A stretch of 52,881 bases of DNA, filler included, from Jimgerdemannia flammicorona (lineage: Eukaryota): the NCBI GenBank assembly GCA_003990765.1. It is 2 parts of 2 records of this genome, joined end to end, with 100 filler letters (N's around TTAATTAATTAA, not from the genome) between each part and the next. Parts side by side here need not be neighbours in the genome. Positions count along the whole stretch, not along the records: positions 1 to 26,392 come from RBNJ01000732.1; positions 26,493 to 52,881 come from RBNJ01000733.1. One strand, 5' to 3'. Shown one piece after another: positions 12,269 to 26,629 of this stretch. A program made the translations under genes and the position numbers. Each line of letters starts with the position of its first letter. The stretch's first letter is position 1. The notes under the pieces are model-generated. The model was given only the letters and a program-made list of their open reading frames with translations, did no database searches and was not told the origin of the DNA.

Positions 12269-14192
12269 ATGAAACGCGTCAAGGTCTCTTGGAACGGTAC
12301 CAAACTCGTTGTCCCCTGCGGCATCGGCTCCGACCGTGTCTCCCACCTCCTCAACGACATCACCCACCGGTTCCAAAAGCACGCCGGCGACCTCGACCAA
12401 GCGAATTACTTCGTCGAGCTGCGCACTTCGGACGGGTACCTCCTGGACAAGAGCGATACGATCGAGAGCGTCGTCGAGAACGGAGACGAGATTGAGGTGA
12501 TTGATTACAAGGCATGGATCGAGAACTTCAAGAAGAATGCTGAGCTGGAAATATGGGGAAGGATTGATCGGCAGGATTTCGTGGATGATGTCAATAAGTA
12601 TGTTGGAATTTTTGCTTTGGGGGTTCATGGTTGCTTTTCGTCGACTGCATACTCACATACCTCTCTTGGTATGTAGGTGGGTGACGATTGGCCATTCGGA
12701 GAGGTTCAACAGACTTTTCATCGATTTCGGTGTTGGTATGTCCTCTTTTTCTTTGCTCTCAACAACTCTATGGTTTTCACGCTTTCAATTCGCGTTGCCG
12801 TACATCTGACAATCTTTGACTCTTGGTAAATGTCTTCATCATTCTAGGAAATGAATCTGCCAAATTCAAAGTCTATGACTCTGAAACCCTCTCCCTCACC
12901 AAGCCCGGCGTTCTCGACGAGATTCATGGCGACGACACCTCCCAGACCTGGTACTGCTCCGCTCATTGGGATCTCACCAACTCAATTGAGATACGGGTCA
13001 AGTCGACCAGCGACTTTCGTGCGCAAATTGTCAAGGTCGAATTCCGTGACGGCATCATCGCTCCTCGGTTCAAGGTCGGCGCTATCACCACCTCACAAAC
13101 GAGCTACCCAGCACCTAGGACAACGTCTTACGTCTTGCCGGCGCTCATATCGGAAGGTCCCGCGCTCAAAGAGGACGGGTACACAACCCCCATTGACATC
13201 AAGGCAGTCGAGGTCAAATCGATGGGCGAGTCAGCTTTGCGGCTCCAACAGATCGGGAAGCCGTTCGTCGAGCAATATTGGAGTGGATATCGGGGCGCGT
13301 TCCAGAGGGTGAATGTGGAATTCCGTGTTACCAATACATCAGAGGAGACTGCATCGGTGGTCAATATCGTGGCTGAGTATCTCGACCATGATGGTAATTG
13401 GGCACCAGCAACGGTGCGTTCCGGGCAAAAGGCTTCTGAGTATTGGTAAGCAGAGCTAGAAAGCAAATAATCTTTACACCTTTTTCGGCTTGTCGCATCT
13501 TTATTACAAACCCAGACATTATATTAACCTAATTACCCTCGACTATATATTAAAGGTACGACATTAAATGCGCCCACGACACTTTTCTCCCATTTGAACC
13601 CAAAGCGACCTCCAAGCTCTCCCTTCAATTCGAGACCGACATCGACCCCACCAAGTACAAATCTCTGGATAACCGGATCCGCCGTATCCACACATCTCTC
13701 CCCGACCCCCTCCACGTACGCTTTACTCTCATCGATCAGCATAACCGGACGTCCATCATTACCATCCAGGCCGTCAACGGCCCCCCCAACGTTCCCACAC
13801 GCGCGTCCTACGAGTCCGAATTCAATTGCTCCCTCCATCACTGGATTCAGTGCGACGACATGGTCTCCGATGAGCGGCTCTTCATTCCCATCAAACATGT
13901 CGAGGAGGGCGGTGAGCGTGTCCTCGAGATCGGCCTGAAGCCCATGTCAACGACATATCGTGTCGACCAAAACCGGTTGCGGCGATGGGCGTGGGAAGCT
14001 GTGCAGAAGGGCGTTGAAGAGGTTTGGTTGGAGGATGTCGACTGGTCCGCTGAGGACAATAACTTCGGTCTCAAGATGGCTTGCCTTGTCGCCCTTGAAG
14101 ATCAGGTGATATATGGGTTGAAAGTAATGATGTGGACGCAGACGGGAAAGGTGGAAGAGTGCTTTGAAGTGCCGTTGGTGTTATACACATAG
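12269..14192 (+). CDS. Uncharacterised ~540-aa protein with an N-terminal Par3/HAL-type (ubiquitin/PB1-like) domain
   Basis: Exons 12269-12597, 12677-12735, 12848-13445 and 13556-14192 have GT-AG boundaries and sum to 1623 nt in frame. N-terminus: MKRVKVSWNGTKLVVPCGIGSDRVSHLLNDITHRFQK...LRTSDGYLLDKSDTIESVVENGDEIEVI. Confidence 0.8.
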
Positions 14193-14687
14193 CAAATTGC
14201 TGCAGTGCCTTGAATGAATGATATTTTTGGTTGTATGCAATGGACAACCACTTCTTTATTCCAAACAAAAAAAGTGTGTGCAGTACTGTCTCTTATGGTG
14301 TTGATATTGGGATAAATGATACACAAGAACGCTTGGCAATCACAAAACACTTTGGGTTATCCAACGATTTTCCGTGCAACCTAAAAAAAGATAAAGATAC
14401 AGGATAATATTTATAATGAAGTGTCGGAGTCGAAAATTAACCGAGGAACCAGAGAGTGGATTAATATTGAAGTGCACATATATGGGGATTCGCAATTAAA
14501 AAGAACTTAATTATTAGTGTTATAATAGTCCTAAGTCGCTTTTTAATCACCTCGACCACATATAATATATTACAGTGGTTTCCCCGATTGCCTAGTAAAT
14601 TGATAAATGTGTATAAGCACATGGGAGAACAGAAGGACCAGATAAAGTTCAGGGCGCAGCGTCGTCCATTGGGGCACAGCAATCTGT

Positions 14688-15329
14688 CTAGCCCCTCCCC
14701 ATCGTCACCATCATCACTGCGACCATCACGACCATGACGCTCATCGTCGTGAATGCGAACGTCGTTCGCCCTAGGGGGAACTTCTCCTTCGTCATTGCGG
14801 TTTGCGAGCTAAGGTATCGTGACGCTCCGAAGAGGACAAAAAGTATGCCCAGAAAGACAAAGGACCCGCCAAGGCCCTTGGACAGCTTCGGGTTAGCTTT
14901 GTTGAGCTCCATGAGTTGCGTGGTTGCTGTGGTGTTGTTTGGACGTATCTGTATGATGAGATAGAGTACCAAATTTAAAGGAAACGACATACACAATAAC
15001 TTGTCCGAAACACTACCTATTCCACAGGTGATCAACGAGAGAGATGTACGTATCCAAGCTAGGAATGTCCTTTCGTTAGCTAGATCGACGTGGTTTAGTG
15101 AAAGTGGACTGTGAGACTATGCGCAAGAATCTTTATTGGAGGGGAGCAAAGTATGTTACCTACATAGATGATCCCTGGCCACGCTACCCTTGTTCTCCAG
15201 CGTTAACGAGAATGACATATTGTCGTTACAGAACTGCTTTAGGTGCTGCCAGAATGTCGTACCGCTTTCGGAAGCTGTGTCCGACACCATGCTTCCATAA
15301 GTAGGCTGTGTAGTGTTAAGTAAAGACAT
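14688..15329 (-). CDS. DUF202 (YidH/Vtc1-like) three-TM membrane protein
   Basis: ..LENKGSVARDHL | ANERTFLAWIRTSLSLITCGIG | ..KGLGGSFVFLGILFVLFGASRYLSSQ..FP..; ANERTFLAWxRT is the DUF202 signature. Confidence 0.88.
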
Positions 15330-16089
15330 GGTGTACAAATCGAGAAGGCTCTGGGGGGGTCTGCGGTAAGTTCTGAGAGAGAGAGAGAGAAGGGGCTGTA
15401 AAACTTGGGGACACCCCAGATAGTCGCCACCTAACAAAGCACGTGGTGGAGACACCAGAATGGCCGGATCGCTGGTGTAATAAACGCTGAGACAAACGGA
15501 GTTAACTTCCTGCAGATCATTGATGCTTTGTTTTATTTACCAATGGCCTTGTACTACCCGAAAATTAAATATGTATACTTTGGTTTTTGGTGTCGCCATG
15601 CACACTCGAATCTACTGGCTGTTTTTCTGACCAGTTCTAATAAAAAACCACGCTTGACATAAGAGAATACTATCCTCCGCATTATTTTGGTTCTATTTAT
15701 TCCTGAATAGGCACAAGTCCCACACCTCAGGGGAAATCCTTATGCTGAAGTATGATATCGAAGAGTGAATCCAGACCTTCATTTATCATTAAAACATTAT
15801 TTAATGCAGAGACACGATGTAGCACAACGGGTGCTGTCGTTTAGAAATCACACCGGCTTTTGTCACCACTGCTGATTTCTGTAGCATTAGAGCAAAATTG
15901 ATCATTACCAGCCACAGTGTACTCTTCTCTCAATTCCTGAACGTATAGACAATATAGATGATGGCTAGACAACATTTTATATTATATTATTACAAAAGCA
16001 TTCATTCTATCAACTTATTACATCATGTAACATAGTAGTCTTCATAATCAACACAAATATGGGCAAAGGTGCTGGCATCATAGAATCAA

Positions 16090-16640
16090 GGACTTCCATA
16101 AGTACTCTCGACATACCATAAGCTCTTGTAAGTCTTAAACGCCACCGCCGTCGTTGCGACGGTCTTGTCAAAATACTCTTTCCGAGGGTTGAAGCGCGCT
16201 GTGGCACACAACTCCAAGAACTCGGTGGTATCTGTGGGTTCGACAGTGAGACCCGGGCTTGGCAGCTCCGCAACCATCATTGCCCAATCACACTCGCGGA
16301 ACGATAGGGACTGCATACACTAAAACGTGCACCGAACGAATTGTCTGGGAACGGCAAGCCCTTGAGCATATCAACGAGGCGGAAGTGGTAGCCGACTCGA
16401 AGATGTCGACGATGTCGACCCCCACAACGTGCTATTGGTGTTTTCGAGCGATATTTCAACGGACCACGATCTCGTATCGCACCCGACGTCCAAAATTTGG
16501 ATACCACGTTTGAGATCCTCTTGCATGAGAACGAAGAAGTTGTCGTTCAGGACGAGGCAGAGGAGGTAGTTTATCGAGTAGATCCATCTCCTCGAGATTG
16601 TGAGGTAGCAGGTAGGTTGGGTTGCCATTCGCCTTTAATC
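16090..16640 (-). pseudogene. Frameshifted LaeA-like/class I SAM-dependent methyltransferase pseudogene
   Basis: Motifs lie in different frames: PTYLLPHNLEEMDLLDK (YxLPxDxxE), EDLKRGIQILDVGCDTRSWSVEI (degenerate LDVGCGTGxW), GVDIVDIF, VDMLKGLPFPDNSF, and SFRECDWAMMVAEL. Several frameshifts. Confidence 0.75.
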
Positions 16641-17237
16641 CACGGCCCTGGATTCATTGAACCCGGAGGCAGTAGCGCCTCGGAGTGGTCAGCGGATTGA
16701 GGGGCATACTTACGGCCGATTGCTCGGAACTTGGTTTGCCATCGGGCCGATTATCGATTGGCTATTTCCTCTCGGTTCTGGAGGTTGGTTGAGGCATTAC
16801 TAAAAGATTAGCGTAAGGGCAACACCGGTCGGGAAGTTACGAAGAAGTGCAACCAAGGACTGACTTGGTGGGCGATATTGTTTTAATTACATGTCTTGTA
16901 AGGGCCTCCCCGCTGTGGGCCTAGAGTCCTAGAGTGCGTACAGCACAGTTACTTTCTAATCCAAACCTGCCTCATTGGCATGGTTATTAAGTCATTGTAT
17001 TGTAATAAATCTGACGTCCCGTTGCTCTACCATGTAAAAGCAAACACTAAGTACTTAATACCGTTAAAGAGCGAGGGAGGGAAGTGGGAGGCATTCAATG
17101 GCATGGACACAATGCTTCATACCATAATTACATCTGAATTTCCTCCGATCACATGATCAAATTTTGCACGTGATTTACTCCAACACGTCCAAGCTCTCAC
17201 ACGCCTTCTCCGTGACATTGCACTATCGCAACCAACT

Positions 17238-17814
17238 ATGTCCACCCAACGGGTTCACACCGATCAAGCTCCCAAGCTCGGCGGGCCTTACTGTAAGCAA
17301 CTCGCGAATTATTTTTTTGAATAGTCTACATTTTTCACACTAGTCTGACGGCAATACAACCCCTTTCCAACACAGCCCAAGCCATCATCGCCAACGGCTT
17401 TGTCTTCACCGCCGGCCAGACCGCCTTCGACCCCACTACGAACAAGCTCGTCGAGGACGATATTCGCATTCAGACCCGCCGTGTTCTCGACAACATTACT
17501 ATCGTCCTGAAGGCCGCCGGCACGTCGCTCGAACGCGTCGTCAAGACTACTGTATTCCTTCGCGACATGAACGACTTCACCGCCATGAATGAGGAATACG
17601 CCAAAGTGCGTTGACGACCAACCTTCCCAAATAATAATAATAACAATAATAATAATAATGCAATGGCTTTGTTGCATCTCAATGACTAACTATACCATAC
17701 TTGCTCTCATTCCAGTACTTTCCCGAAAATAAGCCTGCTCGCTCCACCGTTCAAGTTGCCCGGTTGCCCGGTGATGTTGCCGTGGAGATTGAGATTATAG
17801 CCTGCCTTGTCTAG
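17238..17814 (+). CDS. ridA: RidA/YjgF/YER057c/UK114 enamine-imine deaminase, 3 exons
   Basis: [33 protein letters not shown]...[55 protein letters not shown]. Confidence 0.95.
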
Positions 17815-18093
17815 ATGTAGTTAATCGCGTGAGATGTGACGCTTGCTGTGTAACCAAAAATTGTAACATGGATCTCCATCTATTTCGCGATATCCGGGGA
17901 TGACGTTGAAATTGAGTGAACAATCGCAAGTTTTGAAAGCAACAGATTTGTTGAAAATGGATGAGGGATTGCTAATAGTACGGCGCACATGTACCATAAT
18001 GCGAATCAGCTAGTTCGGATCAACCACATCAACTACAATCACACATCCTTTAAGCACATTGTCATTTTTCAGCCACCAAACCACTTTATAAAT

Positions 18094-18651
18094 TCAAGTC
18101 CTTGGACGACTGGGTTTCAACGTATGGTATCCGTACCAAACGGTCTTCGATCGCATCATCCATATTTGCGACAGTGAACAGCTCCATATTCCTTCACTCA
18201 CTTCCACCACGACCTCCAGCTCACAGAACCTACATGCAAGCGCGATGTGCAGCCTCGAGGAACTATTTGACACGGCGTCATGGAACTGGAGGTCCACGAG
18301 GCCATGGGCAGTTTTATTTGACGCCTGTGTCTCGTCTATGGTGTTGTGGACGAGGAACGAGAATGAGAGGTGCTCAAGGGAGAAACAGTGGTCCGCGAGC
18401 GTGCGAGACATGAACTCGCCGATGGGCTCATAGAAGGAGGCGGCTCCCCCCTGCTCGAGATAGCGGTAGAGTCGTTGACCCCACTCGTGGGCCCTCGTCC
18501 GCGCCGTAGTGAGGTCGCTAGGGTGTAGGGCAGGAAGCGCGAAGACGTGGAAAAACGGAATCCGAGATGGTGTAGTTGCCGCTGTTACTTGTCCACGATT
18601 TGGGGGAGGTTGCGCAGAATGATGTCGGCACGTCAATGCCAACTCACCCAA
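18094..18651 (-). CDS. Hypothetical protein or pseudogene fragment, divergent from TGS1
   Basis: 185-codon GC-rich open frame with coding-like composition (..HEWGQRLYRYLEQGGAASFYEPIGEFMSR..). No clear ATG start and no recognised domain. Confidence 0.3.
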   Translation of the reverse strand: MGELALTCRHHSAQPPPNRGQVTAATTPSRIPFFHVFALPALHPSDLTTARTRAHEWGQRLYRYLEQGGAASFYEPIGEFMSRTLADHCFSLEHLSFSFLVHNTIDETQASNKTAHGLVDLQFHDAVSNSSSRLHIALACRFCELEVVVEVSEGIWSCSLSQIWMMRSKTVWYGYHTLKPSRPRT

Positions 18652-18882
18652 GATTGCCTATTAGAACCAGGAGGAGGGTGGACACCCGGAAGGCAGAATT
18701 GCGTCGTCGTCCATGCTGTCCGGATCTGGACTATAGGTTAAGAGTAGTTGCTTTGGAGTGAGCAGCGATGGATTTCGGACGTCCGGTGGCGGTGGCTTGT
18801 GCTTATGCTGTTACGACAGCACAACCAAAAAAAAAAAAATACGCTCACTGACCTCCTTCCCACATCCAAACACGCCTCCGTC

Positions 18883-20568
<1,686 letters not shown>

Positions 20569-21183
20569 AATAGCTAATGTTGGTTATGAAGATTCGGGAT
20601 GTAAACTGACATTGGACAAGTTCATTATTCATTGAGACACCATGCCAATTTTTCAAACTTTGTGGGACTCTTTCTTAGGACTTGCATCTGGAGAAGGATA
20701 AACGTGGCGGGGCACTACTTTTCTGTAAGCTCTATGGGCAATCAAAACCGGATACCTTTTTCGCTATATAACGACTTAGCGCAGGTGTTCATTTAATAAG
20801 ATTCGTCCGCAATATAATTTCGAATTGAATGGTACCTCTCCCCACATACCTAATAATCTCTCAATCGCTAATTATATGTGGTTGGTGTGGAGGTAGACGT
20901 GATAATTGAGCAAATTTGACCATCAATTGAAACGCCATCGACCAAACTATGATATTATCTGTTACCATTCATAAATAAGATCTTATCAAAAGTAGGCCCC
21001 ACTATTAATTTCATTAACATTAAAAAAATTAAAAAAACTTAGTCTATATTTAATGATTCTAGAGGATTCTTTGACAGCCACAAACAATGATGTCATCAAA
21101 TGCCTGCGGTCCCCCAAAAACACTTAATCAAAGGAAGCACAATCACCCTCAAACACAATTTCACAACTTGAACTACTCCCGCA

Positions 21184-22231
21184 ATGTCGACAAACGACGT
21201 AGATCTGCCAGCTGGTTTGACCGGCGTTCCTGTCGAGGTGAGAAGCGCGCGCCATCTGTGCCGCTCTTCATTGTCACTGCTCTGTTTGTTGTTGTCATCT
21301 GCCCTGTACGCATCTGGTCCTCGAAATATATTGACGAACCCGGGACGCCACAAGCACTTGGTGTCCTATTTGTATGTATTAAAAAAGAAAGAAAGAAACC
21401 CCAATCTAACCAGATCTATAACACTAGGTCGAAAGACTTATTGGGCGGAAGTTCGTTCCCGGCGTAAGTTTGTTGTTTTTTGTCCAGATACTTGAATGAT
21501 CCTTTTTTGCCACTGATATGGCGTGTTTGCTCGCTACCATATTCGAGAGTCACTATTCAAGCATTATCGTCGCTTGCTGATGCAACCCATCTATCGTTCC
21601 AATCTTCCCACCTTATAATTAGGGCAATCTCTATTACTTGGTGAAATGGCGAGGATGGGAGGCGACGTATAATACTTGGGAGCCTCAGAGTCATATTCTT
21701 GACACTACTCTTATTGAGGACTTCAATGCGACATATATGAAGCAAGGCGGCGAACTCGCATTGTTGAAATCAGCGCCCAGGTTATATACCCGTGGTGGAC
21801 AGAAGATGGATCCCGAACGGGTTCGACCACCAGTCAACCCGAACTCCATTATCACAATAGATGACGATGAAGAGAAAGATGACGCAAAAAACATTGCGAA
21901 CGGTCATGAAAAGATACATGGGAAAAGGGTAAATGTCAATAGAACAAAATTGATATTAGCAACATTATTTGTAATCCACAAGGAAAACAAAATTTTTTGG
22001 ATTTTGAATTTTTCTCAAAAACAGGGTGAAAAATTGATGAGGATTATGACCGACTGACAAGCGTAGATACCTGTGATCAATTTCCTTTTTTTCTTCTGCA
22101 GAGGCTCTTTTCCAGAGCAAAAAATCAAAATCACTCAAGTAAAGCATCTGAGGCTGCCTCTATCATGGCAAGTCTCAGTAAGGTAAGTTGAGAGAACATT
22201 ATATTGGCATTGCCGAACAAAAAAGAAAAAG

Positions 22232-22265
<34 letters not shown>

Positions 22266-23517
22266 GAGGGAGATGATAAACAGTGTTTAGACTGATACTT
22301 GATCAAAGTACATACCAATTCGCTCACGCTTGTTCCGCGTTCTACAGGCGAGGAATCGTCCACGTGACCCATTGATGGAAATTGATCAGTCACAATCACC
22401 GTTGACTGTCACGCGATTCAATCGGACTAATCGACTCACCCAACCGAGCCGACCTTCATCAAGACAAGGCAAGACGCCTGGCATGCTTGCTTTCGAAAAT
22501 ATTCTCAAGAAGGTGCCTGGCCCATTAATCACTGTCGAAAATATTCACGACAATGAAGATCCACCACTGGATTTCGATTTTCTCAACGACTGGCTGCTAA
22601 CACCTGGAGTGGACGCAAACAACGAATTTTTAACTGGGTGTGACTGTGGACCGTCAGGTTGTGACCTTTCTAGGCCAAATAAGTGCGGTTGCGCCAACAT
22701 GAGCTCAAAAGAAGACGACGACGGTGATAAAATAATCATGTTTGCATACGACAAGCATGGTCGTGTGCTTGTCGATCGTTATACACCCATTTATGAGTGC
22801 AATTCACGATGCTCGTGTGGGCCTAGTTGTGGAAATCGAGTGGTGCAAAGAGGTAGGACCATTGAGATGAGGATATTCAAGGTATGGAGGGTTTTTATTT
22901 TAAAATCTCCAATTATATCATTCACTATCATGATGCATTCTTGATAACCGATTGAACCCCCATACATTTATCTGTTTCCTTAGACACCATCCAAAGGTTG
23001 GGGAGCGAAAGCAATGCACGATGTTCCACGTGGCACATACATCGACCAGTATCTTGGTGAGGTGATTACAACTGCAGAGGCAGAGCGGCGTGGAAAACGA
23101 TACGACAGGCAAGGTCGCACATGGCTTTTCGATCTGGATTTTGGAGCAGATGTAGATGATGAAGGCAGATTCAAGAATGAATACACCATCGACGCCTATC
23201 GGTGCGGCAGCGTCAGCCACTTCTTCAACCATTCCTGCGAGCCAAACCTCGAAGTACGTGTCGTCCTGGTAGAAACCAAGGATTTAAGACTGCACAGGAT
23301 TGCATTTTTCGCAAAGCGTGATATCAAAAGAGGGGAGGAACTCACGTTTGATTATTCGGGCGCGGATGGATCCGAAGAAGAATATGATAATGACGAGGAC
23401 GAGGACGACGACGAGGACGAGGACTGGGACGAAGATGGCACTACGAGAAGGAGCAGCTCACGAAAAGTGAGATGTATGTGCGGCAGCAGGAAATGTCGGA
23501 AATGGTTACACATCTAA
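21184..23517 (+). CDS. clr4: Histone H3K9 methyltransferase, Clr4/SUV39 type (chromodomain, pre-SET, SET, post-SET)
   Basis: Chromodomain VERLIGRK..YYLVKWRGWEATYNTWEP; pre-SET GCDC..C..CGC, IYECNSRCSCGPSCGNRVVQRG; SET KGWG, YLGEVIT, HFFNHSCEPN, ELTFDY; post-SET CMCGSRKCRKWL. The 5' exon structure and start are uncertain. Confidence 0.92.
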
Positions 23518-24001
23518 ACGTTCTATGTCGCCGTTCGTATTGACACATTGTCAACTATAGATGCGCATATGTTGTACGTACTGTAGTAGCCTCCGATCAT
23601 GTAGGACAACTTGTTAAATGCCTCATCATGATAGCATGCAAATTGATTAACTAAAATTGTCGTAATTGAATTGTTGGCAAGAGTGATGGAAATTCGTGAA
23701 TTATGTACCCTCCAGGCCCCTTTCATCATCCAATATGAAGCATCCATAAATGTTTTTTTACAGTGCAGTACAGTGATAGCATTGAGAACACAGTATGTGG
23801 GAAGATTGTCGAGAGTTCACTGTTGTTGCAAGAACTAGATCGAATAGATGGCATACAAACAAATACTTCAAAGCATAGCCATCACACCATATGACCACAT
23901 GAAAACAAGGCAAAATATAACATATACAAGAGTTGCCTCTAGGAACCTTGGACAATTACCAGGTGGAAGTTGCCTGATATCTCTCACTCCTTCCGTTCTA
24001 C

Positions 24002-26245
24002 TTAATCATCATCATCCAGGTCCACATCCAGATCTTGCTCTGCGACCATTTCCTCGTACTTGGACATGGGTCTGGCCGCCCTGGCGAGCGCCTGCGCCGT
24101 CTCCGACAGACGTGGCACTGAGATGGACAACAAGGCGAGCGCGCTACCGGGCGGTACGGAGGAGGCAGTGGCGGTGCCCGAGGCGCCAGTGGGTTTGGCG
24201 GCCTTGAGACTACGGGGAGAAGAGTTACGGGAAGAGGAAGATGAATAAATGGTACAGGAACGAAAAGGGAAGGGGAACGAGAGAGTGGGTGACGTACTCT
24301 GGAGCCTGCATAGGGGTATGAACGAGCACTGGCTGTGTTTTCCGGCGGGCGAAGGGGTCGAGGGCGTTGGCGCCTGCGCAAGATTTGATCAATGTTTACC
24401 CTTACATGTACCAAACTCCCAAAGCAAGTCCAACTTTTCTTCCTACGTGTGTCCAAACACCACCCGAGCCCACCCAACCTACCTATCAACTTCCTCCTCT
24501 CCTCAACCTGCTTCTTCTCCGCGACTCTCAAATCTACCTGATCTCTTCCCCTATTCTTCTTATTCAGCTTCGCCCAAGCATCCAACTGCTCGTGCCCAGA
24601 CCCCCCTGCTGTCAGATTCTCAATTTGCCTCACCCTCGCTTCGAGTCTCCTAATGGCCTCATCATCACCATCATCCTTCGCCTGCTCGATTCTCGTCAAC
24701 AGCTGCGCCTTCTCCGCTGCCACGTTGTTCGGAACATTGGACAGGGCGCGCTTCTTCTGGATCATGTCTTCCACCTCCTTGTCCGTCAGCACGTATGCCT
24801 GGGCCGCGGCCAAGTCCTCGCGCTTCGAATCCACGTGCTCGAGCGTAGGCGGACGCACGGACTCGTTCTCGAGCGTGGTCAAATAGCGAGTGTATTCAGA
24901 TTGGGTGAAGGCCTGGTTGGAGATGATGTCCATCGTGAAGTTACGTATCGCTTTGCCGTGCTTGAGGGTTAGGCATTTATTAGTGAGTTGGGTTTCCACG
25001 CGGTAGGATTTGTTGTAGTCCGCCACGTCTGATTGAGGGAAGTTCATTTAGCGTTAGTGGGGATGTGCAGAGAAGCCGGTGGGTGCGATGGCGAGGTCGA
25101 AAAATTCATACTTTGATATTGTACGCAACACTTATCCCTCGATCCCCAGCACCCCTTCTTCCCCCTCTCCACTCACCCGTAATCTCTGTGACCCTATATA
25201 CACGCGCCTTGCTGACGGGATCCATTCCGAGCATGATTCTCGTGAAACAACCTAGCCGTCCGTCGAAAAAATGAATAATCAAACAATCAACAAAAAGTTC
25301 ATCACCATATACTCTACCTCAACTCTGAAATCAAAACGGGCTCATACCAATCACCGTCTTCTCGAAGAAGGGTGCGTGCATCCACTTCTCGAGCGAAGTG
25401 CGTGGCAAGCGTATTGAATTGAGCTCGTCGAGTGTGGGGAGGCGCTTGGATTTCTAAAGAATGTACAGGAGACGGAGTGGACGTGGAAGGAAAACGAAAA
25501 GAAAAATAAATAATTTGGTCGTGAGGAAATCTGCACATTAAAGAGCAAAAATGACTGTAACGACTCCTTCCACCCTTCTCATTCCCTTCGCTCCTCCACG
25601 CACCTTCCCGTCCTCCTCCTCTTCGCTCTCTTGGCTCTCGCTCCCGTACTCGTCGTCGCTTCCGATGCTGCGCGACCTCCTGCGTTTACGTCGCTCGGGG
25701 CTTTCGGACCCATGCCGCCGGTGCGACGATCGCGTCGACTTTTCCTCCCTACGGCGCTTTAGCTCCGTGAGACCGCGCGACTGCGTCGCGCGCGTCGTGT
25801 CCTTGGCACGGGAGGAGCCTGGAGTGGGGGGGGGGATGAGTTAGGAGCGAGTGTGGAAGAAGAAAACGAGGCGGGTATGTGTGTACGTACGTCGGGTCAG
25901 ATCCTCGCCCTTGCTATCCCTGAGGGATTTGGAGCCTGATGTGTGCGGTAGGGAAGCGAGACGGACGTCAACATCACGGTCGTAACAAAGAAAGGTGTGA
26001 ACGAGGATTTTACGCACGCCGAGAGGAGTCGTCACCCTTGCCTTCCTTGAGCATCTTGAGCTTGATCTGCTGTTTAATCTGCTTTCGTTCCAACATTTCT
26101 TGGCGCTATAGGTGGCGATTGTGTTGTAATGAGCGTCCAGTCCATGGAGGTTGCAATCCGGACATGAAAGAAAGTTCGAATGATTACCTTCTCTGCACGT
26201 TCATTTAGGATCTGTTCTCTCTCAACTTCAGGTAGGGCAGCGAGC
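24002..26245 (-). CDS. RTF1: Paf1 complex subunit Rtf1 (Plus3 domain); 5' end missing in the assembly gap
   Basis: LAALPEVEREQILNERAEK (HMD region), RSRLEKWMHAPFFEKTVIG|CFTRIMLG..VYRVTEI, LTLKHGKAIRNFTMDIISNQAFTQSE, DPFARRKTQP, and the C-terminus ..LDVDLDDDD*. Confidence 0.92.
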
Positions 26246-26392
26246 CTTGCGAAGAGGAGAAATGGGATCGAAGAGGGTGTGAATTTGGGATTTTCCATTG
26301 AGATGACGCGATTGCATTTCGGCCAATTCATCAAAGGAATGGAAGTCGGCTCGACCCTCTGCAATCCCCCGCATTCCTCTGAGCCTCAAAAA

Positions 26393-26492
26393 NNNNNNNN
26401 NNNNNNNNNNNNNNNNNNNNNNNNNNNNNNNNNNNNTTAATTAATTAANNNNNNNNNNNNNNNNNNNNNNNNNNNNNNNNNNNNNNNNNNNN
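26393..26492. other. Artificial assembly linker: 44 N + TTAATTAATTAA (stops in all six frames) + 44 N
   Basis: Exactly 100 bp and symmetric; both flanking genes (RTF1 5' end, P450 3' end) are truncated at it. Confidence 0.95.
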
Positions 26493-26503
26493 AAAAAAAA
26501 AAG

Positions 26504-26535
<32 letters not shown>

Positions 26536-26629
26536 GAAAGAAAGAAAGAAAGAAAAAAAATGCAAAATGGTATTAGGGTTTAAAATAGACTGGTTACTGT
26601 ATGCAGTAGTATAGATTGTATAAAGTTAC

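Noticed and set aside
17631..17658. (AAT)n microsatellite and the derived poly-Ile/poly-Leu ORFs
   Set aside because: Simple intronic repeat in ridA
26437..26448. TTAATTAATTAA palindrome within the N run as a biological site
   Set aside because: The symmetric N44-12-N44 layout with six-frame stops is an artificial contig linker. It also means adjacency across the gap is unproven.
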